A stretch of 59,279 bases of DNA, counting the filler, from Basidiobolus meristosporus CBS 931.73 (lineage: Eukaryota; Fungi; Basidiobolomycota), in assembly GCA_002104905.1 (NCBI GenBank). It is 4 parts of 4 records of this genome, joined end to end, with 100 filler letters (N's around TTAATTAATTAA, not from the genome) between each part and the next. Parts side by side here need not be neighbours in the genome. Positions count along the whole stretch, not along the records: positions 44,348 to 59,279 come from MCFE01001163.1; 3 more parts are not named here. One strand, written 5' to 3'. The notes under the pieces were generated by a model, which saw nothing but the letters and a program-made list of their open reading frames with translations, made no database searches and was not told the DNA's origin. Of the stretch, positions 47,447 through 56,647 are shown piece after piece (the stretch's first letter is position 1; every line of letters starts with the position of its first letter). A program made the translations under genes and the position numbers.

Positions 47447-48013
47447 ATGTTTCCTAATATTTCTATTGCCTGCACAATACTGATGGCCACCCTGGCCTAT
47501 GGCGACCATTTCAAGTTCTTCAAGCCAGCGACCAGCAACAATGCGGCTATTGCCTCCGTGTCCAACCACGGATTCAACCCATTCCACAACACTGGCCATG
47601 GCGTCCTCATTCCTAACTACCTGATCAATAGGGAGATTGAACTCGCACCAGAAGAAGTCCGCCTGCGTCGCTTGAATATTGGTGCATTGATTGATCGCTT
47701 ACTCTCGCTGAAGACCTTGGGGTTCCCGGATGAATTTGAGTTCAAGGGGGTAAGATTCATTGACTTGGAGCCAGCCCATGAGTTTGTCACCAAGAACACC
47801 GACATGAAGTATGGCACTACAAGTGACGAGGCAGTGAATGACAACTCCGACATTACTTCAGATAATGAGGATGAAGATGACGAGGACACCAACCCAGAGG
47901 AAGCTGAGCTATGGGGAAGATTTGGCGGTCGTAGACGTTGGGGGCGTGGCAGATGGGGTCGCGGAAGGTGGGGACGCGGTCGCTGGGGACGTGGTAGATG
48001 GGGGAGATGGTAG
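47447..48013 (+). CDS. Secreted cationic-peptide precursor member 3 (188 aa; same tail as member 2)
   Basis: Intact ORF with TATAATAA at 47294. Confidence 0.9.
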   Translation: MFPNISIACTILMATLAYGDHFKFFKPATSNNAAIASVSNHGFNPFHNTGHGVLIPNYLINREIELAPEEVRLRRLNIGALIDRLLSLKTLGFPDEFEFKGVRFIDLEPAHEFVTKNTDMKYGTTSDEAVNDNSDITSDNEDEDDEDTNPEEAELWGRFGGRRRWGRGRWGRGRWGRGRWGRGRWGRW

Positions 48014-48163
48014 ACTACAATGTGCCGCATTCTTAGCTCCAATGGTGGAAACACTTCGTGGGATAGCAGCCAAAGAACATTTATGCTCTATTTTCAAGTA
48101 AAGATTGTACCGGTCACACTAAATAAAGACATCCCAATTACGCAATAGTACAATCACTGTTAT

Positions 48164-48470
48164 TTGAATACTTTGGCATATGCTATCGGCATGGCTAGCT
48201 ATAAAAATGCACACCAATGCTTAGAACACCGCAAGCCAATGCAGATACAAGATCAGAGCGAAATGGGGATTCTACAGCAATTGAGGAGGAGGAGGCCGAT
48301 TCTGGGGCAAAGTGCTTACAAAATTCCGCCAAGATTGACCGTGGCCACAAGTATCGTAGTGTCAGAGGGTATAAACGTGGGCATGGACATAAACACGGGA
48401 ACAGGACATAGGTAGAGACGCAGACATGAACACAAATGCGGGCAACGGCAGGAGTATGAGTATGAGTATA
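48164..48470 (+). pseudogene. Possible decayed divergent member with acidic patch and His/Arg/Gly/Tyr-rich tail
   Basis: TLAYA resembles the family signal end TLAYG. Then, frameshifted, EEEEAD followed by RGHKYRSVRGYKRGHGHKHG. Confidence 0.3.
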
Positions 48471-48676
48471 AGTATGAGCTCAGTCAATAATGATAAATCA
48501 CCTCCCTTATCATGAGTGAAAGTAAAGCTGAATTTATCAACGACCTTCAATTGCCCCACCGGTAAGTACAGCAAATGCAAATGTCGATTTTCACTCTACA
48601 ATAAACTGCATTCAGCTGTGACCACTCCATTTGTTTAAAAAGATTGGGAGAAAACAGAATGGAATTGTTGCGAATT

Positions 48677-48796
48677 GGCTAAATTTCTGGGTGCTGTTTC
48701 AAAATGCGTCACCGTATGCAACATTGACCAATATAATACAGCGTTCCTCAACACAACTCTAAGATATTGACCAACTTTCAAATCCAAAGAGTGCTA
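48677..48796 (+). promoter_or_regulatory. Conserved non-coding block upstream of member 5 (paralogue of 50644-50742)
   Basis: GGCTAAATTTCTG...TGTTTCAAAATG..TCACCGTAT...CTAAGA.ATTGA...CCAA.GAGTGCTA shared with the second block. Confidence 0.65.
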
Positions 48797-49577
48797 TAAT
48801 TATTTTCATTAGTAAACAATATTTGCCGGTGTAAACAAGGTAGCTATAGATATTCACGTAGAGATTGTGAAACCACTGGCGAATTCTGCAATAATGGTAT
48901 TAACATCGCCAACAAAATTTGTTTCCAAACTCCAAGTGATTATTTGTTGAGACAGAATGGAATATATTTTTCGATTCATATCAATGTTGCAAATTCATTT
49001 CATCGAAATGGAATGCTCAAAATACCACAGCACTGTGGCAAGGGTCTATGTGCGATATGTCGACTCCAATTTATGATTGTTTGAATTGGAGTTATGAGAT
49101 ATAGGATTAGCCAATTCCTCAAATATGAGATGAAAAATAGATACAATATACTACTATGTGCATCCTTACAAAGACCGAGTTACCGTAATACAAAAGACTT
49201 TTCAACAAGCTTTACAAATATTGATATTGCTTGATGGGGCGCATAGTATGTGGCCAAAACATTATCCGCACGTCCGATGAATAAGGATCCAAACGGGATC
49301 ATCATTACTGGGAAAGCATAGCCGACATTCAAATAATTGCAAACCCCCTCTACATACCAGAGCTCCTACTGTACTACTCGGCTTAGAGATATAATTCCTG
49401 TCGTTTTAGCAAACGAGAAAGTTAAATAAACAATAAGTGAGGTAGGTCGAAGTATAATAAACTAAGAGTGTAAAAGCCAACTACCAATGAGTCTAAATAA
49501 GCGATTCGTTTGAGATAAAAGCGCACAAAGTAACCTCCAGAAAGTCAGTAGTAAACAGCTCCAACAAATAACCAAAG

Positions 49578-50147
49578 ATGTTTCCTAAACTCTCCTTTGT
49601 CTGCTCGCTCTTGATGGCCACCCTGACACATGGTGACCATACGAAGTTCTTCAAGCCAGCCGCCAGCAACAATGCGGCTATTGCTTCCGTGTCCAACCAC
49701 GAATTCAACCCATTCCATAACACTGGCCATGGCGTCCTCATTCCTAACTACCTGATCAATAGGGAGATTGAACTCGCACCAGAAGAAGTCCGCCTGCGTC
49801 GCTTGAATATTGGTGCATTGATTGATCGCTTACTCTCGCTGAAGACCTTGGGGTTCCCGGATGAGTCCGAGCTCAAGGGTGCAAGATTCATTAGCTTCGA
49901 GCCAACCGGTATATTTGCCACAGGCGAGACTGGCATGAAATATGGCACTACCAGTGATGAGGCAGTTGAAGATAACCCCGATATTACCGCTGATGATGAG
50001 GATGGGGATGAAGATGCCACTGACCCAGAGGAGGCCGAGCTATGGAGAAGATTTGGTGGCCGTGGACGTTGGGGACGAGGCAGATGGGGTCGCGGACGGT
50101 GGGGACGTGGTAGAAGGGGCAGATGGGGAAGATGGGGTAGATGGTAG
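49578..50147 (+). CDS. Secreted cationic-peptide precursor member 5 (189 aa; 34-aa Arg/Trp/Gly tail)
   Basis: Intact ORF with TATAATAA at 49453. Tail WRRFGGRGRWGRGRWGRGRWGRGRRGRWGRWGRW. Confidence 0.9.
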   Translation: MFPKLSFVCSLLMATLTHGDHTKFFKPAASNNAAIASVSNHEFNPFHNTGHGVLIPNYLINREIELAPEEVRLRRLNIGALIDRLLSLKTLGFPDESELKGARFISFEPTGIFATGETGMKYGTTSDEAVEDNPDITADDEDGDEDATDPEEAELWRRFGGRGRWGRGRWGRGRWGRGRRGRWGRWGRW

Positions 50148-50643
50148 GTTTTGGTAAAGAGGCACTGCTGCGAACTTGGCCAATATAAAAGTAGGGCTGA
50201 CAAAGGAGCATTATAGTTCCCTATAAACAGTATCGATGTATTCTATGGCCGAATTCGTTCCATACCTTCTGAATAAATGTGCTTGCCGCAAATATAGGCA
50301 GTGTAACAATCATATTTCATGGATTTTCCATTTCTCAGTAGCAGATATGGGCGTACGCATCATTTTGGCAATGACAAGGTAGCTCAACTTCCAACTGGTG
50401 ATGAAGAAGCTTGATTGAAAGTTAAGCAATATGTTGAGTCTCCTGTCAACAGCAATGAAGCTACAGGTGATAACACTGGTAGTACTAGATAACCTTCAAT
50501 ATACTGTGTTCTGCTCCACTTGTAAGAAGGGATGGATGTGATAGGCTCTGGCGGGCTTGACAGGAGAGCAATTCAAACGTATATCAAGCGTCAGCCATAT
50601 CGTCACGAAGCGGTCAGATGAAAGAGTGACTATGTTTCTAAAT

Positions 50644-50742
50644 GGCTCAATTTCTGAATGTTGTTTCAAAATGTATCACCGTATACAGCGTTGATCAATA
50701 AGATTCTAAGAGATTGAAAAGTTTCCAAACCCAAGGAGTGCT
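50644..50742 (+). promoter_or_regulatory. Conserved non-coding block upstream of member 6
   Basis: Aligns by eye with 48677-48796. Confidence 0.65.
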
Positions 50743-51157
50743 AAGGTTACTATTACCGTATAGGGTACAAAACAAAGACCCTTGGTTGTGACAATGGGAT
50801 TACTCCACCTCTTGTTTCTTATACGACCCACTTCGAAAGCAAAATAAACAACAGTGTGAGGATCCATACTACACCATCGATCTCCTTCAGAGTGCGATAA
50901 AGCACTGAACAACGGAGCGACAGTGTTGGTCAAGCATACATTTTCAATCGCCAATGGGCATTATTGATGACATAGTTGATATTTTCGGTTATTTCACACG
51001 AGTGCTCATTGCAGTATGGAGCACGGTACTTTATTCAATCTACAAAAGTCTATTTTACAGAAGAGAGGCTAGATAGATTGATGGAGTTGAAAGAAACAAC
51101 TATAAAAGAGCAAGCCACTTACACTCTGGCTAATCAGTAAATCAGTTCTCTTCGAAT

Positions 51158-51712
51158 ATGCTTCATAAATTCACCATCGTTTGCGCTCTCTTAATGGCCA
51201 CCATGGCTTATGGCGACCACCTTCAACCTGTTAACCCAGCTGTTGGGAGTAGCGTGGTTAGTGCCGTGGCATCATCCCGTACGGACTCTAGCCCATTTCT
51301 CTACAAAGGGAGATATTTCGAGCTAGATAACATGCTCGAAATCACGCCTGAGGAAGCCCAATTGCGCCGCCTGAAAATGAAAAAAATCCAGAAAAGTAAG
51401 CGCATCGTCAAACACAAGAAAAAGAAGTACAAAGGCATCACCCGCTTTGCTCGCCCGGATGAGCCGATGACTGAGGACATTGGGCCTGAAATGGGTGTCT
51501 TCAACGACGAGGCTGCTGATGACGATGCTGACAACGACGACAATGCAGAGGAGACCGAACTCTGGCGCAGATTTGGCCGATTTGGAAGATTTGGTCACTT
51601 TCGCCCATACAGAAGATTTGGCCATTTCCGCAGATATGGTCGATTCAGAAGATTTGGGCCTTTCCGAAGATTTGGACCCTTTAGACGTTACGGTAGATTT
51701 TATCGCTGGTAA
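51158..51712 (+). CDS. Divergent secreted cationic-peptide precursor member 6 (184 aa; 49-aa Arg/Phe/Gly tail of RR(F/Y)G(H/R/P)F hexamers)
   Basis: Same architecture: LMATMAYGDH signal end, PEE..LRRL, acidic spacer, EETELWRRF, terminal RW. TATAAAA at 51101. Confidence 0.88.
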   Translation: MLHKFTIVCALLMATMAYGDHLQPVNPAVGSSVVSAVASSRTDSSPFLYKGRYFELDNMLEITPEEAQLRRLKMKKIQKSKRIVKHKKKKYKGITRFARPDEPMTEDIGPEMGVFNDEAADDDADNDDNAEETELWRRFGRFGRFGHFRPYRRFGHFRRYGRFRRFGPFRRFGPFRRYGRFYRW

Positions 51713-51987
51713 CTGAGATTGTTGGTGAATGTATGGAGGTTTCGACGAATGGCACTGGCCTTTGCCCAAGATTCTTCCAATAAATGATATCAAATATTCA
51801 TGCATCACTATTGACTGATTCTTATATGAATGCCCGCTGCTGAGGTGGGTTAGTGGGATGTCCTTGGCTGTACCGCTCGCACTATGCTGTCCCCAACTGG
51901 GTGCAATGGGTTTCATATTATGTACTAGAAGACACATTTCGTCTGCAACAAGCATAGATCTGGCAACAGATAGTTTATAAAAGCGCG

Positions 51988-54319
51988 TTATGAAATTAAT
52001 CGAGTTGAGGTCAGAGCAAATGTATACAATGGAATGATGAGGTTATCATTTTGCAACGAAACAGCTTCTAGCAGGCCTAACAAACCATGTTTCAGTATCC
52101 ACCAACACATAAGGATTCATTCGAAAGCACTAACCTGTCACACAGATCACGGTGAAATATCTCCACGTCTATAGCAAGAAATTGACTTAGAATCACGACT
52201 CCAGTATCTCTCGATGACAAGAACATGGTCCACTCACCTCCCACATCGAAAGAGCTGCGGATCCGCTCAGCACGCCGATTACCAACGACCCAGCAAGCAT
52301 CGATGCAATAAAAGCGGCGGTCCCTTCAACAGTTTTTGAGGTCCCAGGCCAGTGGGTCTTACCGAAGCGCTTTCCCACTATGGAGGCCTTGATGCTCAGT
52401 TAGCGAAAACCATTTACCATCAACGAACAACAATGAAGTGTATACCATGGCATCGCCCAAGCCTAGAGTAAAGATACCAGAGAGATTGGCCACCGCGAAA
52501 TGGCTATGACGTCCAAAATATTTTAGAACGCTACCGAATTCAAAGACTCTCTCGGCCGCTTACCCATTGAGCCAGATAGGAACAGCACACCCTAGCAGTA
52601 GATACATGTGGGATAGAATCACCGGTCCTGAATCACGATGATCCAGAAAAGTCACCAGGAACCCATGCAAAGTTCGACCAAACGGTGGGATGGTGAAAGA
52701 CCTCAAATACTCAACATATATGATGCCGCATAAAGCAACGGTGAATGCCAGATGCATGAATGATTTCTTGAGGGCAAATATCGATCAGCAAAGGCGATAG
52801 AAGAATAGCAGCATGGGACGTACCTCGTATATATAGCCAGGTACAAACATCAAAATCGCCAGTCCATGAAAGTATTTCCGCTTCAAATTGAGTCCAGCAG
52901 AAGTGGTGGTGCTATAAGTGAATTGGGCAATAAACGCCAACGCTATCGCAAGGATCGAAACCCAGTAAAGGCAGAGCCCAAGGTGACTCCACTTCGAGAA
53001 GAGGAACGAGAGAACCCTGATCACATGCAAGGGTGAGGACTACATTTTCCCACACCGTAGAGACCAATTATCTTACCAAAATATGGCGTTCTGGCCCAGG
53101 GCTAGAGAAATCCAGGGTACGATTGCTGCTAGAACCACAGCCACAGTGCCGAGGTAGAAAACGACTGAACTGATTAACACTTGCCAGTCTCTGGCTTCAT
53201 CCTCAGGTATATTACTATTCTTGCGCAAAATATATAAGCATGGCGATAAGACCAGGCCCAGAAAAGTCATCCCTAGCAGTAGCCCCTGTAGCCATATGTA
53301 GAAAGGATCCCGCTCGGCGTTCACAAAATCAGGAAGATACCAAAGGTCGAACTAGAAATATGAAAGCCGGGTGAATAAGCCTGGCTTCAACGCTGGCCAG
53401 TTTCAGGAGACAAGATGTACCTTTTTGACAGCCATGTGTAGCGCATCCAAAAATATCAAGGACATGCCTTGAGATACTACAGCCATCTCTCCAAAAGTAA
53501 AGCTTCTACGTAAAACGCTAGTAATCAAATACATCGACGCCTGGTAAGCACAAATAGAGATAAAAATATGCATTGTGGAGAATGCTAAAACATTACTGGT
53601 TTAGTCTCTAAGTCAAACACTTCAATGACGCACTTGGATCCCTACCTCGCAAGTGGGGGAATATTTCCTTGGCACAAAATGCTGTAGCTAGCAACCCGGA
53701 AGAGAGAACCCCAAAACTCAGATTCTTCTGGTGAATGAACCCTGTAAGGCTATGTACCAAAACTGTATAGCCAAAAACAATGCTCAATTCCAAGAGTGCG
53801 ATGTGATATTCTGCATTAAAGAAAACTTGGTCATTCCCACGTCAAAATACACAAACAAAAGCGAAAATCCACCTAAAGAAGTGCTTGAACGGTGTCCAGC
53901 TGAGTGCATGTCCAAAATCTTTGCAACCAATACAAAAGGCACTAATAGGCAGCCATACAAAAATCCATCGTCAGCTCGAGGACTAGTGAGGGGCAGGAAC
54001 GGATCTGTTAGCGGTTTAAATAGACACATTTAGGACGGAAGCACATACCGATACCACGTGCTCTGCGTCCTCCACAGCTTTAGTTGGCCCAACTCAGCTA
54101 CCTGAGTGACTGACCAAGCCAATATTGATAGCAATGCTAATGCTGATATATTGAACTCAGAACTTAATACATTAGACCGACAAGAATTTTGGGTTAGAGA
54201 CACTCACCAATACATAAGTCTATGGTTAGGAACTGATATGCTTTACATAGCACGTAAAGCACAGAGACAATGATTATGAAATGTTCAGCAGGCAAAGAAC
54301 TGAAACCTTTCCGATCCAT
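51988..54319 (-). CDS. SEC59: Dolichol kinase (multi-exon; 5' exon boundaries approximate)
   Basis: KRKYFHGLA, RDSGPVILSHMYLLLGCA.PIWL, LGLGDAM, GKRFGKTHWPGTSKTVEGT, LLEAVSLQNDNLIIPLY. Confidence 0.9.
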
Positions 54320-54889
54320 TCTGTTCGACTTTGGTGAGCAGCTTTTCACGGAGGATTGTCAGAATTATATGAGGTGCTGCTCATGAGAGAGAGAGCTATT
54401 TTTAGGATTGTGCAAAATCGAGTATTCTAATAAATTCATATTTTAGTCATATTGCTTGGATGACATGACATTTTCTCGGCTTATCACATGTTCTTCAGCT
54501 TTTCCTAGCCCAGAACGTCAGTAAGGTTCAGCCAAACATCAGATTGGTGAATTCTGAGCAGAAACACCAGGAATTGTATTGGTTCAGCATTCTATAAAGT
54601 ACACATATAGTTAAGGCCGCAAACCGGTCGAAGGATAGAGTTGGTTTCTATATAGATGGTTCCTGTACAGATGTTCACAGCCATGACTGCTTCCAACTTA
54701 TTGGTTACTGTCGTCATTAGCACATGGCTGCGATTAAGGGATTATCTCGGAAATGATCACTTGAAAATTGTTACCCAGCGTCACCCCTCCTTTTGCATAT
54801 ACCCCCGCCGTCTTTTTATATTTTGTAGCTTGATAGGGAAGCTTCTCATCTTGTTCGTTCAGTGCCACACTTAGTAGTCCTTGTTAAAA

Positions 54890-55764
54890 ATGAATCCTGA
54901 ATAGTAAGTATTCTACTCTCCTGTGTTGCCGCAATATGATCCCGGAAGCTTATTGTTTATGTGGATTGTTTCCATAGCGATTATCTGTTTAAGCTCTTAC
55001 TTATTGGCGACTCTGGTGTTGGTAAATCCTGCCTTTTGCTTCGTTTTGCGGATGACACCTATACAGAGAGCTACATCAGCACTATTGGTGTAGACTTCGT
55101 AAGTATTTCTTTCGCACACCCCTTACCTCACTATCGCCAGCAATATTGACCCCTTGACTATAGAAAATCCGCACAATCGAACTGGAGGGCAAAACTATCA
55201 AACTTCAGATCGTAAGTGAGGCTTCTCAGTAGCTCAGTGGATACCAAGGCTAATACGGCGTCTTATCATTTAGTGGGACACTGCTGGACAAGAGCGTTTC
55301 CGCACAATCACCTCTTCCTACTATCGTGGAGCACATGGAATCATCGTTGTTTACGACGTTACCGATCAGGATACCTTCAGCAATGTAAAGCAATGGCTAC
55401 AGGAAATCGATCGCTACGCCTCAGAAGGAGTCAACAAGCTCCTTGTTGGCAACAAGAGCGACTTGACTTCCAAGAAGGTGGTTGATTACACAGCCGCTGA
55501 GGTGAGTCGTTTAGCGTTAGACGCCACTATGCCCGTACTCTAACCAAACGGTCTTGACATCAGGAATTCGCCAACACAACCAACATCCCATTCTTGGAGA
55601 CCTCCGCCAAGGACTCCACCAACGTCGAGCAAGCTTTCTTGACCATGGCCAAGCAGATCAAGGATCGTATGGGTACCAACACTATGGCCCCAGCTAATAA
55701 GCAGAACATCAAGATCAGCCAAGGCAGTTCAGTTCCTGCACAATCCAGCGGTGGTTGTTGCTAA
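54890..55764 (+). CDS. YPT1: Rab1/Ypt1 small GTPase (4 introns)
   Basis: MNPEY|[68 protein letters not shown]-terminal GGCC. Confidence 0.97.
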
Positions 55765-56647
55765 TTTAGTGTATGTCTACCAATCCCCTTCCAATCACGT
55801 ATCTCTTGTAAATCCTGAAACCGAACATCTCCAACTTAATTTGTCACCCAAGTGTCGAAGTTTAACAGTGATTTATTTGCATCCTTTTGGACAAGTGCCA
55901 CCCCAATTCCCTCTTGGAAACCAAACAAATGATAAAGTTAGTTGAACGTTGTGTTCATGGCGTTTACCTGGTTGTTGATATGTTCTATGGATTTGGGTGA
56001 CGTAACCCTGATATGTTGCAATGGATGATGATGACTCCGTGTGATAATATCGGAATCCAAGAAATGCGCCAACGTCGGTCGAATCGGACGAACGCACATG
56101 CTGGATGTGAAGTGAATATCTCCTCGTTTTGCCCTAATTTATGCCAGATTTTTCCAGTCACAAGAGATCAACAATTTGCATAGACTCAATCACTTATACA
56201 TTGAGATATCTCCCTCATCTCTGTTTAGTTGACTATTTTCCGACCTGGAAGATAATTCTTGCTTTCTGTCCCTTCCCACCACAGATCCTTGCTACACATT
56301 GTTTCTCATCAAAGAGGTATGTTTATGGACTTTCTTGTAGCTTTGAGCGATAGGTGCAAACAAAGCCCCTGTTTTGTGGGTGAAGTGATCAGCTGGGTTC
56401 TAGATCTCGTGAATACCTGTTTGTGTTGCCATTCTCCATTTGTGTCTCAACCACCGTTCTGTTAGGAATCCAAAGGAGGGCCGTTCTACGTTAACCACAT
56501 TCACTTGAATCCAAGGACATTGACTTCAAAAAGGTTCCAACAGGTCTGTAATTCCATTTCTTCTTCACCCGGCAGGATTTCAATAGTAACCGTGACCCAC
56601 TCTTGGACAGGACACCTATTATTTACACTAACGTATACATCGATTGA

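Noticed and set aside
44348-51712. Dikaritin/MSDIN-type fungal RiPP gene cluster
   Set aside because: No DUF3328/UstYa oxidase, prolyl oligopeptidase or other tailoring gene is recognisable in the window; the flanking genes are housekeeping.
51323-51955. 210-aa antisense ORF over peptide member 6 (and similar antisense Pro/His/Ser-rich ORFs over members 1-5 and the Gly-rich genes)
   Set aside because: Shadow ORFs produced by low-complexity repeat codons. The ORF is not in frame with the SEC59 last exon, which stops at 51988.
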